A DNA stretch of 64,000 nucleotides, taken from contig DHVH01000309.1 in NCBI GenBank assembly GCA_002412555.1, positions 490-64,489 of the forward strand, in the 5' to 3' direction. The DNA is from Marinilabiliaceae bacterium UBA5213 (lineage in GTDB: Bacteria; Bacteroidota; Bacteroidia; Bacteroidales; Marinilabiliaceae). The position numbers and the translations under genes are program-made. The notes beneath the pieces are model-generated. The model was not told the DNA's origin. It did no database searches and saw nothing but the letters and a program-made list of their open reading frames with translations. Positions 10,907 through 21,461 of this stretch are shown piece after piece. Position 1 is the stretch's first letter. Each line of letters opens with the position of its first letter.

Positions 10907-11044
10907 GTTTTAGATAGAAATTATACAGTTGAAACTAAATAAATAACATACAGATGAAACGAGCCATGAGAAAACCTTTCTCACATAGGGGAATGACTAA
11001 GTGGCGAGTTCCATGTGGTTACTTAAAATCAAAATTATAGACAC

Positions 11045-12127
11045 ATGAAACGATTTTTAAAAATTGCCCTTTTGCTTCTTTTTGTTGCATTGGTTTTGTG
11101 GGTGTTTGTTTATCTCTATAAACAATCAAAAACTGCCCCAACTGTTTATGAAATTGAAACACCGTTCACCACCAATATCATTAAAAAAACGGTGGCAACC
11201 GGCTCAGTGGTTCCGCGCAAAGAAATTGCCATTAAGCCCCAGGAGTCGGGTATCATTACTGCCATTTATGTGGAACCCGGGGAGTTGGTTAAGCAGGGTG
11301 ACATGATTGCCCGTATCCAAATTATTCCTGAAATGGTGCAGGTGAATGAAGCCGAGAGTCGCGTTAACAAAGCCAAGCTGGCTTTTGCCAATGCCGAGGC
11401 AGATTTTAACCGCATGAAGGAGCTGTACGACCAGAAAGTGATTGCCATTTCGGAATTTCAAAGCGAGGAGCTGCGTTATAAAAACAGTCGCGAAGACTTG
11501 CAGACTGCCGAAAATCACTTGCAGCTGATTCAGGAAGGGGTTACTAAAAAAATGGGTGCCATGACCAATACGGTGATTCGTTCAACCATTGCAGGAATGG
11601 TTTTAGATGTGCCGGTTGAGGAAGGTAACTCGGTTATTAAGAGCAACGCCTTTAACGATGGAACAACCGTGGCCATTGTTGCCGACATGTCAGAAATGGT
11701 GTTTCAAGGCAAGGTAGATGAAACTGAGGTCGGAAAAATTAAAGAAGGCATGCATTTGCTGATGACCATTGGTGCTATTGATGGTGAAAAGTTTGATGCC
11801 TATCTGGAATACATTTCGCCCAAAGGGGTCGCAGAGGGTGGTGCCATTCAGTTTGAGATCAAAGCAGCTGTGAAACTAAAGGAGCAGCAATTTATCAGAG
11901 CCGGGTACAGTGCCAACGCTGACATTGTGCTGGATCGCCGCGACAGTGTGCTGGCTATCAATGAAAAGGTGCTTCAGTTTAGTGGGGACTCCATTTTTGT
12001 TGAGGTTGAAACAGCTCAACAGGTCTTTGAAAAGCGCATTGTAGAGACCGGGTTATCGGATGGTCTGAACATTGAATTGCTGAAAGGCCTACAAGAAGAG
12101 GAGAAAATTAAAGTGCCGGCTATTTAG
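11045..12127 (+). CDS. Efflux periplasmic adaptor subunit (MacA/HlyD family)
   Basis: N-terminal TM, lipoyl halves (SGII--IYVEPGE-V), coiled-coil hairpin and TGLSDG. Confidence 0.9.
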   Translation: MKRFLKIALLLLFVALVLWVFVYLYKQSKTAPTVYEIETPFTTNIIKKTVATGSVVPRKEIAIKPQESGIITAIYVEPGELVKQGDMIARIQIIPEMVQVNEAESRVNKAKLAFANAEADFNRMKELYDQKVIAISEFQSEELRYKNSREDLQTAENHLQLIQEGVTKKMGAMTNTVIRSTIAGMVLDVPVEEGNSVIKSNAFNDGTTVAIVADMSEMVFQGKVDETEVGKIKEGMHLLMTIGAIDGEKFDAYLEYISPKGVAEGGAIQFEIKAAVKLKEQQFIRAGYSANADIVLDRRDSVLAINEKVLQFSGDSIFVEVETAQQVFEKRIVETGLSDGLNIELLKGLQEEEKIKVPAI

Positions 12128-12282
12128 TCTTTATAAGAAAATGCCAAAGACTGAAATCAGCAGTTTTCTTATTCAAACTATGTTAGTGTCAGCCGGAAAA
12201 TTGAATCACTAATTGACCTGAAAATTATAATGCAAATATTTATGACGCTTGTTTTCCAGGCGTTACTGAAACCTATAGTTGT

Positions 12283-13626
12283 ATGCAAACCGTAAGAAAT
12301 ATATTGATTGGATTGGCTTTGGCAACCACCCCTTTGGTCAGTGCTCAGGAACCACAGTTGTCACAGCAAGTCTGGGGTCTGGAGCAATGCATTGAGCATG
12401 CCCGGAATAATAACCTATCCATTAAAAGACAACAGTTGAATGCCGATTTTGCCCGCAATCAGCATCAGCAGAAAAAACTGGAGTTATTACCCAATCTGAA
12501 TGCCAGCAGCAGTTATCGCTCTCAGAGCGGTAGGGTAAGGGATGAAAACGAATTTCGTTTGATTGATGTCACTACCCGTGATGGTAGCGTGGGCGTTTCT
12601 TCCAGTACGCCTGTATTTGAAGGTTTTACGCGCAGGAATACCATAAAAAAGGGGGAGTCGGATTGGCAAGCAGCTGTAAAGGATGTGGAAAAGGCGGAGA
12701 ACGACATGGCTTTACACATCACCTCCTTGTATATGCAAATATTGTTCGACATAGAATTATTGGAAGCTGCGCGTCAGCAGTTTGAGACGGTTCAACTTCA
12801 GGTCGATCGCGCAGACAAGCTGGTTCAGGCCGGTAGTTTGCCAGAAGGCTCTTTGTTGGAAGTGCGCTCGCTGGCTGCCCGGGATGCGCTGGCGGTGACG
12901 CAGCTGGAAAACAACCTGATGCTCTCTTTGCTTGATTTGGCGCAGGCTTTGGATTTGGAATCGGCCGAAGGTTTTGACATTGTAACACCTGAAATTCCTG
13001 AATTGTCGGGTGCAGAGTTAGTTGAATCAACTGGTGTGTTTAATTTCGCTGTCAATAATCTGCCACAAATTGCCGCCTCTGAATTTCGACTTGAGAGTAG
13101 CGAGAAAGAAGTGGACATTGCCAAAGGCTATTTGATGCCCAGATTATCTTTTAATATGGGTTGGGGTACCTATGTCAGCAAGTATGATGGTCAGCAAAAT
13201 TTTGATTTCAGTCAAAGTTTTAAGGACAATTCTTCACAGTATTATGGCCTGAGTCTGTCCGTTCCCATATTCAATGCCCTTTCTGCCCGCACCGGCGTTA
13301 AAAATGCCCGCATCGGTGTCCTGAATGCTCAGTATGCGCTGGAACAGGAGAAGCAGGTCCTGCGTAAAGAAATTCAGCAAGCGCATGCCGATGCTCAGGC
13401 TGCTTTCAGGCAATATGAAGCCGGCCAATCAGCAGTGGACTCTTATCAGGAATCTTTCAGATATACCGAAAAGCGTTATAATGTGGGCATGGTTAACTCC
13501 GTAGATTATAACGTGGCCAAAACGGAGTTCATGAAGGCCGAGTCAGATTTTATTCAAGCGAAATACACCTATTTACTGAGATTGAAAATTTTGGATTTCT
13601 ATCAGGGAAAACCCATTGTACTTTAG
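12283..13626 (+). CDS. TolC family outer membrane efflux protein
   Basis: Signal peptide, WGLEQCIEHA--NN, two OEP repeats, and C-terminal LDFYQG. Confidence 0.92.
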   Translation: MQTVRNILIGLALATTPLVSAQEPQLSQQVWGLEQCIEHARNNNLSIKRQQLNADFARNQHQQKKLELLPNLNASSSYRSQSGRVRDENEFRLIDVTTRDGSVGVSSSTPVFEGFTRRNTIKKGESDWQAAVKDVEKAENDMALHITSLYMQILFDIELLEAARQQFETVQLQVDRADKLVQAGSLPEGSLLEVRSLAARDALAVTQLENNLMLSLLDLAQALDLESAEGFDIVTPEIPELSGAELVESTGVFNFAVNNLPQIAASEFRLESSEKEVDIAKGYLMPRLSFNMGWGTYVSKYDGQQNFDFSQSFKDNSSQYYGLSLSVPIFNALSARTGVKNARIGVLNAQYALEQEKQVLRKEIQQAHADAQAAFRQYEAGQSAVDSYQESFRYTEKRYNVGMVNSVDYNVAKTEFMKAESDFIQAKYTYLLRLKILDFYQGKPIVL

Positions 13627-13651
13627 CCGGATCAATTTTCATTCAAAAAAG

Positions 13652-13720
13652 AGAGCTGTTTTTAAAAGTCCTCACGAAAAAACTCATTTGTTTTTTCTTG
13701 AGGACTTTTTTGACGGCCTC
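13652..13720. terminator. Long imperfect hairpin (terminator or REP-like)
   Basis: AAAAGTCCTCA...TGAGGACTTTT core with outer GCTGT/ACGGC arms, downstream of the tolC-like gene. Confidence 0.55.
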
Positions 13721-13841
13721 CAATATTCTTAGTTCCTCTATGCAAAGCAAGGGCAATTGTCTTGCCTTTTATACCTAAATTTGTGCCTGAGAAAATGGGG
13801 TTAGTAAAAATGCCTGACTTTCATTGACAAAATTCAGATTT

Positions 13842-14537
13842 ATGGCGCTAATACTTTGCATAGAGACTTCGACTACCGTTTGTTCTGTGGCACTGACTCA
13901 AAACCACGTGGTTTTGAGCACGCTTCGTGAGGATGTTCCCAACTCTCATTCAACCTTACTAACGGTACTTATAGAGCAATTGTTAACTCAGGCCGGTTAT
14001 CAGGCGAAAGACCTGGATGCGGTGGCTGTTAGCAGTGGGCCAGGGTCTTACACCGGATTAAGAATTGGTGTCTCAGTAGCCAAGGGTATTTGCTTCGCGC
14101 TGAGTAAGCCTTTGATAGCCATTACCTCGCTGGAGATTATGGCCGCTCAATTTTTGCATAATGCGCCGGAAGTAACCAGTAAGGACCTTCTTTGTCCGAT
14201 GATCGATGCACGCCGCATGGAAGTCTACTCCGCTTTGTACCGAAACGATCTGTCCCTGGCCAGAGAGGTGGTAGCAGAAATCATTGATGAAAACAGCTAT
14301 CAGGCCGAGTTAAAGCAGCAAAGAATTTTCTTTTTTGGCGATGGAGCAACCAAATGCCGCGAAACCCTTAACCATCCCCATGCGCTTTTCGTGGGTGATG
14401 TTGTGCCTTTGGCTACCGCCATGGCTGCTTTGGCCATGACCCGTTTCGGGGCAAAACTCTTTGTGGATGTTGCCTATTTTGAACCTTTTTATTTAAAAAG
14501 CTTCATGGCTACCACACCTAAAAACAAATTTTTTTAA
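13842..14537 (+). CDS. tsaB: tRNA threonylcarbamoyladenosine biosynthesis protein TsaB
   Basis: ILCIETST, GPGSYTGLRIG, IDARRMEVY and EPFYLK motifs. Confidence 0.95.
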   Translation: MALILCIETSTTVCSVALTQNHVVLSTLREDVPNSHSTLLTVLIEQLLTQAGYQAKDLDAVAVSSGPGSYTGLRIGVSVAKGICFALSKPLIAITSLEIMAAQFLHNAPEVTSKDLLCPMIDARRMEVYSALYRNDLSLAREVVAEIIDENSYQAELKQQRIFFFGDGATKCRETLNHPHALFVGDVVPLATAMAALAMTRFGAKLFVDVAYFEPFYLKSFMATTPKNKFF

Positions 14538-14697
14538 GCAGTTAACACACTGGTTGCTAGTGCTTAATGGTTTATTAGGGACTTCTGCCTGATGTATTGA
14601 AACAAGAAGGGCTCATTATTTGTATAAAGGTTTATGGATTGTTGCTTGAAAATTGTTTTACTTACAGCCAAAACCATTTGGTACTAAATTTTGGGTT

Positions 14698-15516
14698 ATG
14701 ATAAAGAACTTGACTTTGAAATATATCCTTTTACCCTTTCTATTCTTATCGGGTATGCTGTTCCTTTCGGAAACCGTGACAGCCGAAAAGTTGCCGACCA
14801 AATCATCCCGGCACAAGGCTTTTGGTCCCGGCGAGGAATTGCACTATGCTATGAACTATGGTTTCATCAGAGGTGGTGAAGGTGTAATGAGCATTAGGGA
14901 TACCGTTGTTAACGGGCGCGCTGTTTACCATATGGTAGGCAAGGCCAAAACAGCTGGTCTGGCCGATAGAATTTTTAAAGTGCGTGATGTCTACGAAAGT
15001 TTTTACGATCCGCAAACCCAACTTCCCATTAAATCCATCCGGAACATCAGTGAGGGTCGGTACCGCTGGTACAACGAGGCGCTTTTCGAACATGGAAAAG
15101 ATTCTACACGGGTACTCAGTCAGCGCTCAGGAGAAAAATATGTAGTGGCAAATGTTTATGACATCCTTTCAGCCTTTTACATTGCCCGTGAGAAGCATTT
15201 TAACGACAATATGAAGGAGGGACAGATCATTGAGTTGCAAACTTATTTTGCCGATGAGGAATTTCCCCTGCGCATTCGTTACCGTGGACTCGAGACCATC
15301 TCTACGAGTTTTGGAAAATTGGAATGTTATAAATTTTCACCCGTGACGGAGGTTGGACGCTCTTTTAAAACGGAAGATGACATGCATATCTGGATTACCC
15401 GGGACGATAACCGGGTGCCTGTTCGCATTCGATTTAACCTGAAGGTGGGATCCTTTGTCTGTGATCTGGAGCGTTTCCGCGGCTTGAAAAATCCATTCTC
15501 CAGTTTGGTGCCCTAA
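14698..15516 (+). CDS. DUF3108 domain-containing exported protein
   Basis: Signal peptide; GEEL-Y---YGFI--G, FKVRD-YES and W-T-D-NR-PV motifs. Confidence 0.8.
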   Translation: MIKNLTLKYILLPFLFLSGMLFLSETVTAEKLPTKSSRHKAFGPGEELHYAMNYGFIRGGEGVMSIRDTVVNGRAVYHMVGKAKTAGLADRIFKVRDVYESFYDPQTQLPIKSIRNISEGRYRWYNEALFEHGKDSTRVLSQRSGEKYVVANVYDILSAFYIAREKHFNDNMKEGQIIELQTYFADEEFPLRIRYRGLETISTSFGKLECYKFSPVTEVGRSFKTEDDMHIWITRDDNRVPVRIRFNLKVGSFVCDLERFRGLKNPFSSLVP

Positions 15517-15528
15517 ACAGAATCAACC

Positions 15529-16335
15529 TTACTTACCAATGAGGCGATTCAGTTTTCCAGAAACGAGCCCCTCCTCATCAATTTCGGCTTTTTTAAAGCC
15601 GAAATTTTTGAACTGTTCGGTAATTTTCGCCCATTTTTCCTGCAGTTGCTGAATTTGGAATGGGGGTACTTCCACGCGGGCCGTATCTCCAAAATAACGC
15701 ACCCGTGCATCGGAAAACCCCATGGAGGCCAATAGTTCTTCCGCTTTTTCGACCAAGGCCAGTTTGTCCAGGGTAATCAGTTCTCCGTAGGGGAATCGAC
15801 TACTGAGGCAGGGGCTTGCAGGCTTATCCCAAACCTTTAAGCCCGCATCGCGGGCCATGTTGCGGATGTCTTCCTTGGTCATGCCACACTCGGCCAGCGG
15901 ACTAAAAGCCTGATACTTATCGGCCGCTTTTAGCCCGGGTCTGTAATCTCCCCAATCGCTTTTGTTATTGCCGTTGACCATTATAAATTCAGGGTATTTA
16001 CGGGCTTTGTAATCACCCATGACCGTGTAAAGCGAACTCTTGCACCAAAAGCAGCGGTCTTCCGGATTGGTCCGGTAGTTGGGGTCATTTAACTCGTCGG
16101 GAAGAACCACGTCGTATTGTATGTCATTTTCATCACAAAATGCGGTGGCCAATTGGTAATCACGGCGTTTTAGGCTGGGCGAGTCCCCAATGATGGCTAT
16201 GGCCTTATCTTTTGGCAAGGCCTGACGGGCAGCCCATGCTACCAGGCAGGAATCTACACCTCCCGACAGGGCCGTTAACACACCTTTTTGCTGCTTAAAC
16301 CAATTGATTAGTTCCTTATATTGTTCTGTCATCAT
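15529..16335 (-). CDS. larE: LarE family ATP-dependent sulfur transferase
   Basis: PP-loop SGGVDS, NP-DRC-CK, D-RPG and KPASPCLSSR. Confidence 0.88.
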   Translation of the reverse strand: MMTEQYKELINWFKQQKGVLTALSGGVDSCLVAWAARQALPKDKAIAIIGDSPSLKRRDYQLATAFCDENDIQYDVVLPDELNDPNYRTNPEDRCFWCKSSLYTVMGDYKARKYPEFIMVNGNNKSDWGDYRPGLKAADKYQAFSPLAECGMTKEDIRNMARDAGLKVWDKPASPCLSSRFPYGELITLDKLALVEKAEELLASMGFSDARVRYFGDTARVEVPPFQIQQLQEKWAKITEQFKNFGFKKAEIDEEGLVSGKLNRLIGK

Positions 16336-16516
16336 TTTTGCTTTGTTATGAACTGCTAAATTAATAAATCCTAATGAGTATTTCATGGCTTATTTAGCAT
16401 TTGAAATGGGAGCGGCTCGTCATCAGAGTTTTAAACGGATGTTAATGATTTGTCAATGGTCTGTTCTTTTTATATTTTCGCAACGCCAAGAGTAAGGCAT
16501 CAAATAATTGTGGATT

Positions 16517-16762
16517 ATGGAGTGTCGCGAAAATTGTGCTGCCTGTTGCATTGTTATTTCTATTTCATCGCCCATACCCGGCATGCCCAATGGCAAACCG
16601 GCCGGGGTGCCATGTATCCATCTGACCGGAGATTTAAAATGTGGGCTGTTTAATTCGCCCAACAGGCCAGCCGTCTGTGGAGGATTTACGGCAGAGCGAT
16701 TGATTTGCGGATACAACAATGAGGAGGCTTTTTCCATTCTTTCAGAATTGGAAAATGGATAA
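16517..16762 (+). CDS. YkgJ family cysteine-cluster protein
   Basis: CR--CAACC...SISS-IPGMP-GKPAGVPC-HL...C...RP-VC. Confidence 0.88.
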   Translation: MECRENCAACCIVISISSPIPGMPNGKPAGVPCIHLTGDLKCGLFNSPNRPAVCGGFTAERLICGYNNEEAFSILSELENG

Positions 16763-16899
16763 ATATGGTATGTGAATCCTTACTTTTTTTTATATTTGCT
16801 CCAATTGATGCCACAATAGTCCTTTAAGTAAGTATGGATGACTATGGAAAATCATCTGTCAAATCAAACCGATTAAGTAGAAATTAATATACCACAACC

Positions 16900-17463
16900 A
16901 TGGAAGATGAAGTTAAGATAGTCCTGGAGGACACTGTTGAGAAAATGGATAGAGCCATTGAGCACCTTGACAAGGAGATGTCTAAAGTACGCGCCGGAAA
17001 AGCCAATCCCAAAATGCTGGATGGTATTTTAGTCGATTATTATGGAACCATGACGCCTTTGTCGCAGGTGGCTAATATCAACACCCCCGATCCACGCACC
17101 ATTGCCATTCAACCATGGGAGAAGAATCTTATAACGGCTATTGAAAAAGCCATTATGGCTGCTAATTTGGGTATGAATCCGGATAACAACGGAGATTTGG
17201 TGCGGATTAACGTCCCGCCTTTGACAGAGGAGCGCCGCAAGGATTTGGTTAAAATGGTGAAAAAACTGACCGAAGATTCACGCATAGGTGTGCGCAACGC
17301 CCGACGCGATGCCATTGATGAATTCAAAAAGCTAAAAAAAGAAGGCCTTCCCGAAGATATGGAGAAAGATGCTGCAGAAGAGGCTCAAAAATTGACCGAT
17401 CAATACATGAAAAAGATTGATGAGCTGCTCGATAAAAAGGAAAAAGACATCATGACGGTATAG
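16900..17463 (+). CDS. frr: Ribosome recycling factor
   Basis: RAGKANP, VDYYG, PPLTEERR and RNARRD. TATATTTG -7 box at 16791. Confidence 0.97.
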   Translation: MEDEVKIVLEDTVEKMDRAIEHLDKEMSKVRAGKANPKMLDGILVDYYGTMTPLSQVANINTPDPRTIAIQPWEKNLITAIEKAIMAANLGMNPDNNGDLVRINVPPLTEERRKDLVKMVKKLTEDSRIGVRNARRDAIDEFKKLKKEGLPEDMEKDAAEEAQKLTDQYMKKIDELLDKKEKDIMTV

Positions 17464-17507
17464 GTGTTTCTTTTTTGTTTGAGCTTCAATGGGATGGATA
17501 GCTCCAG

Positions 17508-17546
17508 AAACAAATAGCCCCGGTTTTGACCGGGGCTATTTGTTTT
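17508..17546. terminator. Bidirectional intrinsic terminator
   Basis: AAACAAATAGCCCCGGT/ACCGGGGCTATTTGTTT inverted repeat. Confidence 0.85.
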
Positions 17547-17708
17547 ATATATGGTTCGCAGCTTATGACAATTGCGGACCCGGGATTTTCGATGCGCAAT
17601 TATTTAACAGAATAGTAATAATGTTGGTTTTTATCTAAAAAGAAACTTCTCTATCTTTAATTCCTATTTGTCTATAACCCATAAAGGTTCATGTAAAAAC
17701 GTTGATTT

Positions 17709-19991
17709 ATGAAGCTTTTTACCCCTCTCATCCAACAGACTTTGGCAGCTTTGTTCATAAGCAGCCTTTGGTTGCCCTTGGCAGCTCAGAATACGCTTGC
17801 TTATTGGAATTTTAATGGCGAAGAATTTTCTGGCAACTGGCCTCAACCCATAGCAGCTACTTTAGGCGAGGCAAGTATTACTTATACCTTTAGTCAGGCC
17901 GTTAGTTTTGCCGGCACCGGTATTAATGGCATAGGCAATGAGACCAATGGGGGGAGTTTTTGTCCCCAGGGCGGTACCAACAGTGAGAACAACGGCCGTT
18001 GGCTGCTTTTCTCTTTGCCTGCCTTGACAGTTTCGGAAATGACCCTTTCCTATGCTACCAGAAGAACCGGCACAGGATTTACCTCACATGAGGTGCAGTA
18101 CACTGTTGATGGGATCACATGGATCAGTTATCAGGTCGTTGACATCTCGGGATATGAAAATAGTTGGCAGGCATCACAGGTAGTGGAGGTCATTTTTACA
18201 GGTATTGAAGGGATGACCGACAATGAGGATTTTGCCATCCGAATTGTGTTGGAAGGGGCTACAGGTCCAGCAGGTAATACGCGTTTCGATAATGTGCTGC
18301 TTCAAACCTCTGAAGGTATAATGCAGTCAGAGGCCCGCTTGCAAACCCTCAGTGTTGGTGGTGTGGATGCACTGGCCCTGACCCATATCGAGGTCATGGA
18401 TGCTGACACAGATGCGGGCGCTTTTTACGAAGTTGAGGATTTTGCTTTGTTGACGGGACTGTCTTTTACGACTGTGAGCAATACGGCCACAGCAGAAGTC
18501 AGAGTCAATTCAGTGGTGGTTCAACCAGTTGAATACGCCGATTACATATGGAGTGCCGATGATGAAATAGTAGTGGTAGTCACTGCTGAGGATCCCGGGT
18601 ATGTCAGGCAATATAAACTTACTTTGCTGCAATTAACCTTTACTGAAGGCTTTAGCATTTCAGGGGAGTTGCACGACTTTAAAGAAGTCGTGGTAGGTCA
18701 TGCCTCCGATGTACAGTTTTTTTACTTGTCGGCCGGTGAATTGCTCCACGATTTGGTTATCTCAGCTCCGGATGGTTTCGGCATTTCCTTAGACTGTCAT
18801 CAAGGATACGCCGCGTCACTCACCATCCCACAGTCTGAGAGTGGATTTAATGACAAAAAAATCTTTGTAAATTTTGTGCCGACACAAGAGAAGGATTATA
18901 GCGGTGGTTTGGTCGTTCAATCCGGTCAGGAAGAAGCCAGCAGACTGTTGTCAGGTTCAGGCATCATTGGTAACATACCTGAGGGGTACTACAACACAGC
19001 AACCGGGCAAAACAAGGACCTGATGACGCAGTTGCATAAGATTGTAAGGGGACACAGCCCCGTCTTTTATTCCCAGATATGGACTATTATTGGGTCGGCC
19101 GACCGCCAATTCAACGATAAAATTTGGGATGTGTACTCTTCACTCCCCTGTTCCGAGGCGCCTTATGAATTTGAGTACAGCGTGGATCAGGATAAAGGTA
19201 TTGATACTAATACAGAAGGGGTCTATTACAATAGGGAGCACGCATGGCCTTCCAGTTGGTGGGGTCACAGCAGTGCTAATCCTGATACCATGTACACCGA
19301 TGTGCACCATATTTTCCCAACCGACAAGGTAGTTAACGCCCAAAGGGGCAATAATCCCTTTGGAGAAGTAGGCAATGTTCAATGGTTCTCCCTCAATGGC
19401 GGATTGTTGGGTAGCAATAGCTATGGAACCGAATTTTCAGGCACTGTATTTGAGCCCATCGATACCTACAAAGGCGATTTGGCAAGGGCCTGGCTATACT
19501 TTGCCACCCGATATCAACATCGCTTGATCGCTTGGTCGGATGCCTACATGGTCAATCTTGTGTTAAGCGGCAATGATTGGCCTGCATTTAAGCCCTGGGT
19601 ATTAGAAATGCTGTTGGAATGGCATCGAAATGACCCGGTGAGTCAAAAGGAAATCATCAGAAACGAGGCCATATGGCTTAACCAGGGCAATAGAAATCCG
19701 TATGTTGATCATCCGGAATTTGTTGAGCAGGTTTTTTCGGTGGAGACTTCTGAGCGGACGATTGCTACGAGTGGTATACATGCGTATCCCAATCCTTTTG
19801 ATGAGCAAATCAGGCTAGCCGGAGCAATTGAAGGGCTCAGCATTAAGGTTTGTGACAGCATGGGACGCGAAGTATTTGCTGCTTCCGAAATTGGGTCGGG
19901 CATAAACACTTCTGATTGGCAGTCAGGTGTTTATATTCTTTTATTTTTTAAGAACGGACAAGCTTTGAAAACCATCAAGTTAATCAAATAG
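17709..19991 (+). CDS. Secreted endonuclease I (His-Me finger) with N-terminal beta-sandwich domains and T9SS type A CTD
   Basis: NREH-WP-SW, DVHHIFPTD--VN--RGN, KGDLARA--YF and QGNRNPY-DHP; C-terminal YPNP...GVYIL. Confidence 0.88.
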   Translation: MKLFTPLIQQTLAALFISSLWLPLAAQNTLAYWNFNGEEFSGNWPQPIAATLGEASITYTFSQAVSFAGTGINGIGNETNGGSFCPQGGTNSENNGRWLLFSLPALTVSEMTLSYATRRTGTGFTSHEVQYTVDGITWISYQVVDISGYENSWQASQVVEVIFTGIEGMTDNEDFAIRIVLEGATGPAGNTRFDNVLLQTSEGIMQSEARLQTLSVGGVDALALTHIEVMDADTDAGAFYEVEDFALLTGLSFTTVSNTATAEVRVNSVVVQPVEYADYIWSADDEIVVVVTAEDPGYVRQYKLTLLQLTFTEGFSISGELHDFKEVVVGHASDVQFFYLSAGELLHDLVISAPDGFGISLDCHQGYAASLTIPQSESGFNDKKIFVNFVPTQEKDYSGGLVVQSGQEEASRLLSGSGIIGNIPEGYYNTATGQNKDLMTQLHKIVRGHSPVFYSQIWTIIGSADRQFNDKIWDVYSSLPCSEAPYEFEYSVDQDKGIDTNTEGVYYNREHAWPSSWWGHSSANPDTMYTDVHHIFPTDKVVNAQRGNNPFGEVGNVQWFSLNGGLLGSNSYGTEFSGTVFEPIDTYKGDLARAWLYFATRYQHRLIAWSDAYMVNLVLSGNDWPAFKPWVLEMLLEWHRNDPVSQKEIIRNEAIWLNQGNRNPYVDHPEFVEQVFSVETSERTIATSGIHAYPNPFDEQIRLAGAIEGLSIKVCDSMGREVFAASEIGSGINTSDWQSGVYILLFFKNGQALKTIKLIK

Positions 19992-20200
19992 GACCTGTTT
20001 GTTAGCTCTTCTGTTAATCTTAAAAAATCGGCTGTTAATTAATGGCATGGTGTCGTTTGTCAAAAGAGGGAGAGATTTATCACGTAGTCTCGATGGTTTT
20101 TATTAAATCGGGTAAGATTTTATCCTTATCCCGTTAATAATTTTTCGGGGGCGAATTCCGAAAAGCCTTACGAGTAGGACACAAAAAACCTTAAATCACT

Positions 20201-20452
20201 ATGGAAGAATTTGAAAAAAGAACTCAATTCCCGGCAGTTAAGACGGGCGAATGGATTGTTACTTTGTTGATAGGCATGATTCCTATTGTCGGTCTCGTTA
20301 TGCTTTTTGTCTGGTCGTTTGGCGGAAATGCCAATCCCAGTAAAGCCAACTTTGCCAAGGCAGCGCTCATTTTCACAGCCATTGTATTTGTACTGTATGT
20401 CATCATAGCTCTTGTATTTGGAGCGGCACTGCTTGCAGGGTTCCAAATGTAA
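20201..20452 (+). CDS. Small membrane protein (two TM helices)
   Basis: V--GEW--TL----IP-VG-VMLFVW-FG---NPSK-NFAKA pattern; followed by a terminator. Confidence 0.75.
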   Translation: MEEFEKRTQFPAVKTGEWIVTLLIGMIPIVGLVMLFVWSFGGNANPSKANFAKAALIFTAIVFVLYVIIALVFGAALLAGFQM

Positions 20453-20467
20453 CTATTGCGAAGATTG

Positions 20468-20518
20468 CCAGACAAAAAAGAGATAGCCGGCTTTACCGGC
20501 TATCTCTTTTTTGTCTGG
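20468..20518. terminator. Perfect 23-bp inverted repeat, bidirectional terminator
   Basis: CCAGACAAAAAAGAGATAGCCGG-cttta-CCGGCTATCTCTTTTTTGTCTGG. Confidence 0.85.
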
Positions 20519-20612
20519 GCCTTACCGACTCAATGCGGCACGAATTTAGGCATATTCAAGTAATTGCACTATTTTTGTCTCTGAAATTTATTTATTATCG
20601 AAGATACTTAAT

Positions 20613-21182
20613 ATGGCAACAACAGCAGATTTTAGAAATGGGATGTGTATTGAGTTTAATGGACAACTGGTTACGATTGTTCAGTTTCAGCATGTTAAGC
20701 CTGGTAAAGGCCCGGCTTTTGTGCGTACTAAACTTAAAAATATCTCGACCGGTCGTATATTGGAGAACACTTTCTCGTCCGGTGTTAAAGTAACAGAAGC
20801 CCGTGTAGAGCATCGGCCGCACCAATTCCTTTACAAAGACGACATGGGTTATCATTTCATGAATATGGAAACCTTTGAGCAGATGAGTATTCAGGAGCAA
20901 TTGGTTGAGTCGCCCGATTTGATGCGTGAAGGGCAGGAGGTGGATATGGTTTATCACGTTGATTCAGAAACGCCGCTAATGGTTAATTTGCCTCAGTTTG
21001 TGGTTTTTGAAGTGACCTATACCGAACCGGGTGTTCGCGGCGATACTTCCTCTACCAACTCTTTAAAATCGGCCACTATAGACACTGGTGCTACCATTAT
21101 GGTGCCCTTGTTTATTGAGATGGGTGAGCGCATTAAAGTGGATACCAAAGAGCGCAACTATGTTGAACGTGCAAAGGAGTAG
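20613..21182 (+). CDS. efp: Elongation factor P
   Basis: HVKPGKGPAFVRTKLKN, PGVRGDT and VPLFI--GE-IKVDT. Confidence 0.98.
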   Translation: MATTADFRNGMCIEFNGQLVTIVQFQHVKPGKGPAFVRTKLKNISTGRILENTFSSGVKVTEARVEHRPHQFLYKDDMGYHFMNMETFEQMSIQEQLVESPDLMREGQEVDMVYHVDSETPLMVNLPQFVVFEVTYTEPGVRGDTSSTNSLKSATIDTGATIMVPLFIEMGERIKVDTKERNYVERAKE

Positions 21183-21218
21183 CCTTTGAAACAATAAACT
21201 TTGGGTATTAAAATTTAG

Positions 21219-21263
21219 GGGTCTGCCGGTTCAAAAAGAAGATGAACCGTCAGACCCATTTTT
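21219..21263 (+). terminator. Intrinsic terminator after efp
   Basis: GGGTCTG-CGGTTCA...TGAACCG-CAGACCC followed by a T run. Confidence 0.7.
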
Positions 21264-21461
21264 ATAAAGCATTTGACTCTTGCCCTATTTTGCATTCTTT
21301 AACAAGTGAAAGCATTGGGCTAGGCTTAAGCAAAATGACCGGGTATGGAAACCTTTGTTGAGTTAAATTATAAATATTTCATTTATATTATAATAGTTTA
21401 TTTGACTTCTATTCTTTTTTTGTAAATTTAGGCAACTGCAATGAATGGGAAAATATGACAA

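Noticed and set aside
20468..20518. 23-bp perfect inverted repeat as a MITE
   Set aside because: 5-nt loop, position right after a stop codon and a single copy all fit a terminator.
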